Source: Chiloscyllium plagiosum (lineage: Eukaryota). Taken from it: 64,000 nt of DNA. Made by a program: the position numbers and the translations under genes. The notes beneath the pieces were generated by a model. It was not told the origin of the DNA. It saw only the letters and a list, made by a program, of their open reading frames with translations, and did not search any database. The DNA lies in the NCBI RefSeq assembly GCF_004010195.1, contig NC_057719.1, positions 38,701,733 to 38,765,732 of the forward strand, read 5' to 3'. This document shows positions 25,951-36,588 of the stretch, piece by piece (position 1 is the first letter of the stretch; each line of letters opens with the position of its first letter).

Positions 25951-27829
25951 CTTTTTCATTTTTAAGGTGGCCTTTTAAACCGTGTTTTTAACCAAATCTT
26001 AAAACTATTTGGCTCTGTGTCAAGTTTTATCTATTTATCTCCTGTGAAGTGCATTGGGATATTTAATAAGGCTGAAACCATTGTATAAAAGGATGTTGTT
26101 TTTATCAATGTATATTTTTTGCTACCTTTTTAAAAGAGTTTCATAAAAGTGAAATTAAGATCCAACCATTTTCATGCAGTGTGTTTCTGACTAGGACAAT
26201 GTTTCTTGCCTATTAGGTATTTTTAGAGTACAGCTTTCTTCAATGAATTTCTGCCACGGTAGTGTGGACAGTAGAGCACATCTTGAATAATCAATCATTT
26301 GCTTATTTCTAATCCAGAGCAGGGCTGAAGATCTAATTTCACTATCTGTGGGGTTTGGCCAGGTGTGAAGGGGAGGTCCTTGGATCTCAGCAGCAAGAAA
26401 CCTAAGAGATCTTAGTTCCAGGACCATCTGCATATCATCATTTGATTACCCACCCAGAATAAAATGTCAGGTAGCAGAAGGTCTCGGGCAAGTATAATTA
26501 CCAGAAATAAGGTTAATTGAAACAAGAGGCTTTGAGAGTGTTTAGGAAGGGAGTGAAGCCAGGGAAAGAGAGGCATAAATTTTCCATGTGAGGCTTCAAG
26601 AACATCTACACATCTTGTACCAAAAACGGTAAAGAAAATTGGTTGGCTTGAGCCTTTTCTAGCTCTCGATACTCTTCAGTTGGTGAGAAATCCAAAATAA
26701 ATTTCATTTAAAACCCCAGTAGATTAAAAAAAATTCATTTAAAATCCTGAAGATTAAAAAAAAGGAATTAATCCCATTCAGTCTCTGTAACATGCTGACT
26801 CAGATTGTTATGCAAATGATACCAATGTCAAGTCAGCAAATGGGTAATGTTTCTAATTAATGTACTCATTTGGCACAATATATTGAATAGTTTATGTGTC
26901 TCATGACCAAAATTAGTTTTTATTATGCATGGTTATTTGTATTTTCATAAAACATGACTTATGGCAATTAGCTCTAGTTTCAGAAATAGTTGTCTGTGTT
27001 CTCTATGTTCAATAGTTATGTCTTAGAATATTTAATTTTTGAACTCATATTAATGGATTTTCTTGGAAATTATAACTATTCCTGTTCACTGTATTACTCA
27101 GATAAAATAGACTATCCAAAATCAACCTGGACACTTCCTGTAATATCAAGATAAAGGATAAAATGATTAGTTTTACATATCCACATCCTTAGGAACAGAT
27201 CATTCTTACACTTGAGCTAAACAGATATATGACCAATACTTGTTAACTTTTTGTGTTAACTATAGGTATCAGGGAATGTGGAGTAATGGCACCAAGTATT
27301 GTCAGCCAGGATTCTAAAGCATTGCACAGGTACAGTGAAGGTTTATTACATTCTGCAGCATCGTAAGGATGAAAAGAACATAACAAAAGATGTCAGCTGT
27401 GAATCAACTTGGTACTATTCAGCAAGGAATGGACTTTCTAATGTGATTCATAGATCTTTTATCCAAGTTGGCACAACCATCCAAGAGCATGTGGTCACAG
27501 CTGTCATAATATCTATGTTGGTCTAGAGCAAGGTTTGTGCATGCATTTTAGTTTTCACAGAGGTGAAGAGATCAAAGTCTCAAGTGATCAAGTCAAAAGA
27601 AGCATCAACATGCTATTACAAAGATCAATCAAATGGAAAACCAATCTTTGATGAATCTGGCATACAGCAAACAGACAGCTACTTGCACAAATGGAAACAT
27701 AACATGGACAGAAAATTACTCTGCCCAGCACAGTTACCCTGGAAACAGACATTTGTCTCTGGCTTCTCTGGCTCAGTGGACCATTGCCCTTTCTTCTTCT
27801 TTTTGATAGTCTTCTTGCCCCACCTCAGA

Positions 27830-28740
27830 ATCCTCACCCTCATTTTCCTCCTCAGATGTTTGCTGTCACTCCTGCATCTCCTCAGTCAATACATTCCCCC
27901 TTTGGAGATGAATATTGTGGAGAGCAGTCCACTATGAGTTGAGACACTCTATCTGAGTACACTGCACGCCCCCGCCTGACCAGCTCAGGTATCAGGATCT
28001 CATCTTCAGGAGGCCTGTGGCCTATTCTACCATGGGTTTTTGTCAAAATGTGAACCATATTTATCTCTCGTTGGTGTTAGTCGAAAGATTTCTTGGAGGT
28101 GTTATTATCCAAATATAGAGTAGGTATCCTTTGTCACCAATAACCATTTTTTATGGGTCAAGGTCCTTTCTAAAAGCAGGACACCTGTGAGTTGTCCAAA
28201 ATTTATAAGTCAAAGCAGTTCCCTGGCTATCTAGCACAAGCCTGCATTTATTGGCTGTTGTTGTGGTTACATGGTTTCAACATTAAGAGATTGAAATCCT
28301 TTCTTATTGATGAAAAGTGAGATTCATAATAGGGCTGTCTGACTGGTGTGTGGGGCAACCCTGAACTTGAGAGAAGCCAGCAATGACTGCAAGTCATAAT
28401 GCCCCAGCCGTCTTAATCCCAAAGCCGAGGGGGAGGGGAATGAATTAATGCACTCTTGTAAAGGGAATACCAGTGACATCCTGGATACACTTATGAGCTG
28501 TCAACTATAAAACATCATAGAAGTCCCCAGTGGCTCCCGAAATGATCCACTGTCATAGAAGCTAAGAGTAGCTGTTACCCTTAAAGATACTGGGATGGAT
28601 TGCCACCAACTCCATGTGACCACAGGTCTTTGTTCATCAGCTGGCATAGGTTTCGAACAATGACTTTGGATGCCCTATGTTATCATGAATACTGGCTGTC
28701 ACTCAACCACGGGTAGCTGCTTCGAAAGCCATGCAACCTG
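27830..28740 (-). pseudogene. Fossil PIF/Harbinger (HARBI1-like DDE) transposase
   Basis: Ordered minus-strand remnants: IPVSLRVTATLSFYDSGSF (~28540-28600), IAGFSQVQG (~28360-28385), FINKKGFQSLNVE (~28277-28315), PGNC (~28220), decayed W-L-L-G-D-K-G-Y (~28120-28147), acidic tail. Confidence 0.75.
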
Positions 28741-30721
28741 TTTTGGATGAGACCTCTCTTTCAATGTTGTGGCTCTTGTCCTGCTTCTGAAGGCTGTACT
28801 GCAGCCAGTGGCAGCAGCTGCTGCCGTTTTCTTAGTAAACCTTGGCAGCTATTTCTTCACAGCTGGAGGAGCCCAAGTAGAAAGACAGAGTTGATCTGTG
28901 CCATGATCCTTCTGTTTTCAGGAGATTTGTGAGAACAATAGGTTATTATGATCCTGGTCCAGATCACCAATATTATGCTACAATAAAACCAGGATCTAAG
29001 TAACATTTGATAAAAGTAGACACGTTATGAAATTTTACTTACTAAGAGAATACAACTTTGAACTAATAACAACAAATATCACTATACAAAATTAGAACAG
29101 TAATAGAGTCTATAATGTATGTACAATTTATGGTTTAATTAGTATTGTCCTGAGGTGAAAAGGAATCTCAAAATCCATCACACTGTGGTCACACAACAGA
29201 TCACTTCAAAAAACAAATGAAGTCAAGATAGATCCTATGGATTTGCTCCCTTACATCCCTCCCCTTCCACACCAGCTCCCCTGCCGCCCCCCACCTCCCC
29301 CCAAGCCATGATACAAATCTCATAATTTTATAAGTGTCTCTAATTCTTCACTATTGAAGACCCAGCAATCAAACTCCATCAAAAACCAACATTTCATGGA
29401 CTGTGTCAATATTTGCTTACATCCAGTTGTTTATCATTCCCCCGCCTCCCCCACCTCCCCCTCCAATCAGAATGGTGCTCCCCTGGATTCTTGACATTGC
29501 ACTCCAGCCAATACTCACTGACAGAACAAATTTAACTTGTCTACAGACTTGTCACCAAACTGTTACTGACCCTGCATTAATCTGGGCCATAATTTAGTTC
29601 AGCCACACAAATACATCTTATGAGCTTCCTTTGCCCCTGCTCTCATCTATGAACTGTTAATGGCATATGGCTTCTTCCAACTTCCCAAAGTTCTTAGGAC
29701 TTTTCTTGAGCCCTAAACTGCGTTTCCTAGCTCCTTGAATTCTACCAAGTGCTAATGGCTTAGAACTTGCTTGGAGTACATTTCCAAGATGGAGTCTTTT
29801 CTCTCTGCCCCTAAATACCTGAGTGATCAGAGGCCTTAAAGTAGCAACTTTCTCCTCTCACTCCCACTGTGTATGTGACCTATTGAAAACCTGCATTAAT
29901 TCTTGATTCTGTTCCTAAACAGTACTGATGTAATTGATACTTAGAATAGTTAAATGTAGCAACCCCTTGGAAATCTCTGTTGCCTGAATATTACTAAAGA
30001 TTGCTGGCTTATGTCATACAATCTGTACACAACATAGTTTCCAACACAAAGTGACAGCTTACGGTTTTATTAAAGGGATGCTTTATCCTTGACACCCTAC
30101 CCCATGAAGCTCTAGGTTATGTCCTCACAAAGGTTAATCTTATACTCACCAAGCAATGCGCAATCCCTGTGCTTCTGTATTACTGCCTAACTTGAGAAGA
30201 AAACGCCTTGTTACAAACAGAATTTGTGCTTGGAGCTATCTACTGCTTTTGGATTACTGTCCCACCTGATGTACCCCTTCCATGCACAATAATCATCCTG
30301 AACTTACTTAATAAGTCCAGGGAAAGTGGTATGAGTCAACTGCAAGGAGCCTAACACACCTATCAAAATCTACCAACTGTACCTCTCCTTGCACCTTTCT
30401 TGGTCTTGCAGTCCTAGAGACAATGTGCTATTGCCATTGTGGAAGATAAGGTTCTGAATGAATGTCTTGTGCTAATAGACTATTGTAGCCCTGAAAGTTC
30501 ATAAGATGCCAATTAGGTCACAATGTGGTATGAGCTAACTATTTTTAATCAAACTGTTTGGACACATCTCCAAGCAGGTGAGACTTGAATGTGGATATTC
30601 TGGCAAAGGTAAAGACATTACTTCTGCACCACAAGACCCTAAAAAGCTACTACTTTTTGAATGAAGTGTGAGACAGGCACTGCTGAAATACTTTATTTTT
30701 AATCAAGCTGCTTGGATATGT

Positions 30722-30812
30722 TATGACATACTTCCATGGCTATCACATCCTGAGATGGGACTTAAACCTGCACCTTCTGGCTGAGAGGTAGAGATACTAT
30801 CGCTCCACCACA
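30722..30812 (-). mobile_element. tRNA-derived SINE head remnant (similar remnants at ~30548-30640 and ~17278-17385)
   Basis: Minus strand has a B-box-like ggtttaagtccc preceded by a decayed A-box region. Confidence 0.4.
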
Positions 30813-33067
30813 TGACCCCTTCGGCACCGCTAAGATAGTTTAACATGCTGCTAAGGTGAGTATGAAAGGTTAACATTGAAGAATTACAGGAACCCTGAAT
30901 ATTGATTATTGGCTTCACATTCCAGATATCAGTTCTGTCTCCTTTCACAAAAACATGATATTTACTCCTCCAACTTCGAGTGTTGACTTGTTGATATCGA
31001 AAGCTCATTGTGCAGCTCATTTTCAGGTCTATTTGATGAACTTTAGAATTTGCTTTTGCTGCAATGTTTCAATATATACACTATGCTCTTCACATCTTCC
31101 AGCATTTCATGATCCCTGTTTGCCTGTTGACCTTTCACTCAGCCCCACTTATGTCGCCATTTCGTTTGAGTCCCTTTATGTTATGATTGATACCTTCTTT
31201 TTATCCTCTGAGTCCCTCATTATCAAAATGCTGAAACCTTTGCTGGCCTTTGAACCTCCTTATATTGAGACCTGAGTGACTTTGAGTTTCCTTGAAACCC
31301 CCCAACAATTTTGAGTCCATCCACTTCACACCTGTTTGCTATCACATTCCACCCTCCAACTCTTCCCATTTGTGAAGCCATTTTCTCAGTTACCAATACA
31401 ACCAGGCAATTCCCCAGATTTGAACTGCCCACTGCCTCGACCATGCCATGGATAAACCATAGAAATGGTCTGGTCCATGAACTCAACCTTTTCCCCTTTT
31501 GATCATGGGCCATCTGCCCACGAGACTTGCCACATCCCAGGACTGAGTTTTCAAAATGTCCCTGAGTGACTGACCAGCAAAGCCTGGACTGATTTTGCTT
31601 GAGATTCCGGGACTGTCCATCGTCCAATCCTCAAAGGGAATGGTGCTGATTCTCAGATCCAAATTGGAGCAACTGCCTAACTGACCATGGCTAACCGCCA
31701 GATTAAAAATAGCCCAGTTCCTGGACACACTGTGGCAGTACCCTCTGACTCCACCTCACCCCAGTACTCCTTTCCCACTCACACATTGCTGTGTTCCTCA
31801 CACACATACAGTATGTTTGCAACATATACTGCAAAGCTCTGATGCTGATGCACTACTGCACTCATTGGTGACATTTACCCCTCTTTCCTATTAACCCTTT
31901 AATGTTCTCTACCACCACAAGTTGCTGCCTTGCCTTCTGCACTAAGCTACTACTCTGAGATACAAGCTGCTGGCTGACCTTCTGCACTCTGCCATGACTC
32001 TAAAGCAGAAGCTGGTGTATTGCCATTCTCTAGTTGGGTACTACGATGACCCAGGGACACATTCTGTCTTGGTCCCATTGGGTGACATAGTGCAGATGTC
32101 GAGCCTACAATAAAAGTGAAAAATTTCATTTGAGGTAGCCAAAGCAAAGATCTCACCTAGACTTTTGCATGAAGACGAAGTTGGCAGGTAACATGCTTGC
32201 TATATGCAGCCAAGTTTCTTAAGCATTGAGTATCTTGATTAGACAGAAGTTAATTGGGAAGGCTAAGTTAATTCAAATACGTTACAGGCTTAATCAGAGG
32301 CAAATACATACAGCTTGGTTCTTCTGCATCTGAGGTGGGAGAATTTAATTATTAAAGTTTATGGCAATGAAGAGATTCAGACTCTTGGACTCCAGCCTGA
32401 TTAACTCATTACACTCGTTCATTCAGGCCATTACAAAGAACAGAAAATCACACCCATGTTTACTTTGTAAGTATTAACTTTGCAACTACAGTATTGCAAA
32501 TAATTGGACCATATTGGTTAAGTCTTTGATGTTTCTAAGCACTCGGTGCACAAATAATTGTAAAGACTGCCACCATGTGGTACTCTCCTTACAGTTCCAT
32601 ATCTGAAAGGTTTTCCTTTCATGCCAATATTCCTGTTTACCATTGTCAATGCATCCTCAAACAGAAAGAAAATCATTGCGGGTGTCAGTGTAAGTTACTG
32701 TCATCTCCATGAATTTTAGATTAACAGTTAGGATTCTTTGGCAGAGAGAGAAAAAAAGAAAAGGAATGTTAAAAAAGAAAAAAAATCTACAAATAAATGC
32801 GTAAATACACAAACAAACAAGAGGGTCAGACATCCTGCTTACTCTGAGAGCTGCCTCTGAGGGAGCTGGATCAGTGTATGAAGGACTCTCCATTTTGTGT
32901 TAAGGGAGGGGGAATGACCTCTGAACTGCCTGGATTAGACAGTCAGTGTGTTTATTACTGCTGTTGGTGTTTCCCACTGAGGAGGAGAGTTTTCCTTTTT
33001 GTCTCTACCCCTTGTTTGATTTTCTGTTTTTGTTGTGGTTCTGTTCGCCAAGCTGGAAGTTTTTGTT

Positions 33068-33107
33068 GCAAACGTTTCGTCCCCTGGCTAGGCGACATCA
33101 TCAGTGC
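33068..33107 (-). ncRNA. Minimal type-I hammerhead ribozyme motif (family B)
   Basis: Reverse complement: gca-CTGATGA-t-GTCgCCtagccaGGgGAC-GAAA-C-GTT-tgc. Confidence 0.7.
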
Positions 33108-33439
33108 TTGGGAGCCTCCTGCGAAGCGCTTCTTTGATGTTTCCTCCGGTGTTTATAGTGGTCTGTCCCTGCCGCTTCCGGTTGTCAGTTTCAGCTGTCC
33201 GCTGTAGTGGTTGGTATATTGGGTCCAGGTCGATGTGTTTGTTGATGGAGTTTGTGGGTGGTTGCCATGCCTTTAGGAATTCCCTGGGTTTTCTCTGTCT
33301 GGCTTGCCCTATGATAGTAGTGTTGTCCCAGTCGAATTCATGTTCTTGTTAGCTGAAACTGACAACCGGAAGCGGCAGGGACAGACCACTATAAACACCG
33401 GAGGAAACATCAAAGAAGCGCTTCGCAGGAGGCTCCCAA

Positions 33440-33479
33440 GCACTGATGATGTCGCCTAGTCAGGGGACGAAACGTTTGC
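33440..33479 (+). ncRNA. Minimal type-I hammerhead ribozyme motif (family B)
   Basis: gca-CTGATGA(33443-49)-t-GTC..GAC-GAAA(33469-72)-C-GTT-tgc; stem I gca/tgc; ACGT palindromic stem III. Confidence 0.7.
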
Positions 33480-33674
33480 AACGAAAACTTCCAGCTCGGC
33501 GAACAGAACCACAACAATGAGCACCCGAGCTACAAATCTTCGCACAAACTTTGATTTTCTGTTTTCTTTATTGGTTATTGTGATTGATTGTTTTCTGGGT
33601 TTCTTTGTTTATTTCTGTTCATTTGAGCTGTGCTCAGCTGCACAGGCAGCTACTCACCACCATCACTACTGTTG

Positions 33675-34290
33675 CCTGGGCCCCACCTACACCTGGGCCT
33701 GCTTCCACTGCTACTGCCTGGGCCACACCTACACCTGAGACTGCTGTTGTTGCTGCCTGGGCCACACCTACACCCAGGCCTGCTTCCACTGCTGCTGCCT
33801 GGGCCACACCTACACCCGGGCCTACTTCCACTGCTGCTGCCGTCTGGGCCACACCTACACCCGGGTCTGCTTCCACTGCTGCTGCCTGAGCCACACCTAC
33901 ACCCGGGCCTGCTTCCACTGCTGCTGCCTGGGCCACACCTACACATGGGCCTCCTTCTACTTCTGCTGCATGGGCCACACCTACACCCAGGCCTGCTTCC
34001 ACTGCTGCTGCCGCTTGAGCCACACCTACACCCGGGCTGCTTCTACTGCTGCTGCCTGGGCCTGCCACCATTGCTGTTGCCTGGGCCCCATCTGCAGCCT
34101 GGGGCCTGCCTCTATCACTGCTGCCTGGAGCCCCACCTAGACTTGAGACTGTTGCTGCTGCTTGGGGCCTGCCTCCACCTGCTGCCTGGGGCCCACCATC
34201 ACGCAAGACTTGCCACTGTTACTGCCTGGGCTCACCTCCACTGCTATCATTTAGGACCCACCAACATTTGGGACAGTTGCTGCTGCTGCC
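33675..34290 (+). repeat. GC-rich minisatellite, 42-bp unit (39-45 bp variants), about 9-10 clear copies then degenerate
   Basis: Unit gcctgggccacacctacacccgggcctgcttccactgctgct. Confidence 0.95.
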
Positions 34291-34865
34291 AAGGCCTTTC
34301 GGTGCTGAAATCACTACTGCTACTTGAGAACAGTGTATGAAGGGACCCATGAGGCTATGCAGCAGCATGCCATGGCAAGCCCAAAAGCAGCAGGGCCCAG
34401 CCGCACCTATGCTGGGGAGCTGCTGCCTTAGGCTCGGCTGCTCCAGGCCCAGCTACAATCCCAATCCCTTTCAGACACCTCACTAAACGCTAGGGTTGAA
34501 GGTCTATCCCCACCCGAGCATGACCATCAAGGCTTGCAGTAAGGTCATGGCTAGCGTGGTCTACCCGTTAGCCATTGTCGCTGTATGGGAAGGCCATATT
34601 TTTCCTTTGGCCATGATCTCTAAGGTCCCTCCCTTCATTTCCAACGAGTTCCTTCTCCCCCATCTCAATACCTTGGGGGAAATCTGGTTGGGCGGTCTAA
34701 AGGACCCTGATCTTAGGCACATACACTCCTTCCAGGTGTTCATTTGCCTGTCCCAGGAGGAGGTCATTGAGGGCTCTTTCACCCTCCACCACGAGGGCGC
34801 AGCCTAATGTGTCCTCTGGATGGCGATGGTGAGCAGTGCGACCTGTGCTAAGAAGGGGGTCACAT

Positions 34866-36588
34866 ATAGAGTCATAGACATAGAGATGTACAGCACGGAA
34901 ACAGACACTTCGGTCCAACCTGTCCATGCCGACCAGATATCCCAACCCAATCTAGAATCACCTGCCAGCACCTGGCCCATATCCCTCCAAACCCTTCCTA
35001 TTCATTTACCCATCCAAATGCCTCTTAAATGTTGCCTCCATCACATCCTCTGGCAGCTCATTCCATACACGTACCACCCTCTGCGTGAAAAAGTTGCCCT
35101 GTAGGTCTCTTTTATATCTTTCCCCTCTCACCCTAAACCTATGCCCTCTAGTTCCAGGCTCCCCCACTCCAGGGAAAAGACTTTGTCTATTTATCCTATC
35201 CATGCCCCTCATAATTTTGTAAACCTCTATAAGGTCACCCCTCAGCCTCCAACTCTCCAGAGAAAACAGCCCCAGCATGTTCAGCCTCTCCCTATAGCTC
35301 AAATCCTCCAACCCTGGCAACATCCTTGTAAATCTTTCCTGAACCCTTTTAAGTTTCACAACATCTTTCCGATAGGAAGGAGACCAGAATTGCATGTAAT
35401 ATTCCAACAGTGGCCTAACCAATGTCCGTACAGCCACAACATGACCTCCCAATTCCTGTACTCAATACTCTGACCAATAAAGGAAAGCATACCAAACGCC
35501 TTCTTCACTATCCTATCTACCTGTGACTCCACTTTCAAGGATCTAAGAACCTGCACTCCAAGGTCTCTTTGTTCAGCAACACTCCCTAGGACCTTACCAT
35601 TTAGTGNNNNNNNNNNNNNNNNNNNNNNNNNNNNNNNNNNNNNNNNNNNNNNNNNNNNNNNNNNNNNNNNNNNNNNNNNNNNNNNNNNNNNNNNNNNNNN
35701 NNNNNNNNNNNNNNNNNNNNNNNNNNNNNNNNNNNNNNNNNNNNNNNNNNNNNNNNNNNNNNNNNNNNNNNNNNNNNNNNNNNNNNNNNNNNNNNNNNNN
35801 NNNNNNNNNNNNNNNNNNNNNNNNNNNNNNNNNNNNNNNNNNNNNNNNNNNNNNNNNNNNNNNNNNNNNNNNNNNNNNNNNNNNNNNNNNNNNNNNNNNN
35901 NNNNNNNNNNNNNNNNNNNNNNNNNNNNNNNNNNNNNNNNNNNNNNNNNNNNNNNNNNNNNNNNNNNNNNNNNNNNNNNNNNNNNNNNNNNNNNNNNNNN
36001 NNNNNNNNNNNNNNNNNNNNNNNNNNNNNNNNNNNNNNNNNNNNNNNNNNNNNNNNNNNNNNNNNNNNNNNNNNNNNNNNNNNNNNNNNNNNNNNNNNNN
36101 NNNNNNNNNNNNNNNNNNNNNNNNNNNNNNNNNNNNNNNNNNNNNNNNNNNNNNNNNNNNNNNNNNNNNNNNNNNNNNNNNNNNNNNNNNNNNNNNNNNN
36201 NNNNNNNNNNNNNNNNNNNNNNNNNNNNNNNNNNNNNNNNNNNNNNNNNNNNNNNNNNNNNNNNNNNNNNNNNNNNNNNNNNNNNNNNNNNNNNNNNNNN
36301 NNNNNNNNNNNNNNNNNNNNNNNNNNNNNNNNNNNNNNNNNNNNNNNNNNNNNNNNNNNNNNNNNNNNNNNNNNNNNNNNNNNNNNNNNNNNNNNNNNNN
36401 NNNNNNNNNNNNNNNNNNNNNNNNNNNNNNNNNNNNNATTTCTTTAATCATCCAGCATTCCCTATACCTACCAGCCTTCCCTTTCACCCTGACAGGAATA
36501 TACTTTCTCTGGATTCTGGTTATCTCATTTCTGAAGGCTTCCCATTTTTCAGCCGTCCCTTTCCCTGCGAACATCTGCCTCCAATCAG
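34866..36588 (-). mobile_element. HER1/CR1-type LINE inserted into Tx1 ORF1; spans the assembly gap
   Basis: DWRQMFAGKGTAEKWEAFRNEI on the right of the gap; LVRPLLEYY, LRGDLIEVYKI and the 3' tail on the left. Confidence 0.92.
35607..36437. other. Assembly gap (831 N)
   Basis: Run of N. Confidence 1.

Larger units (their letters stand above)
33031..33549. mobile_element. Fold-back PLE family B insertion with exact 16-bp TSD
   Basis: Inverted arms 33031-33197 and 33351-33517; the loop encodes the GIY-YIG C-terminus on the minus strand; tttgattttctgtttt at 33015-33030 and 33550-33565. Confidence 0.93.

Noticed and set aside
33675..34060. CRISPR-like array
   Set aside because: Head-to-tail tandem units with no unique spacers, no cas genes, and a vertebrate context.
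33584..34340. Pro/Leu-, Ala/Thr- or Cys-rich ORFs (mucin-like or keratin-associated-like)
   Set aside because: By-products of a 42-bp minisatellite that is open in several frames on both strands.
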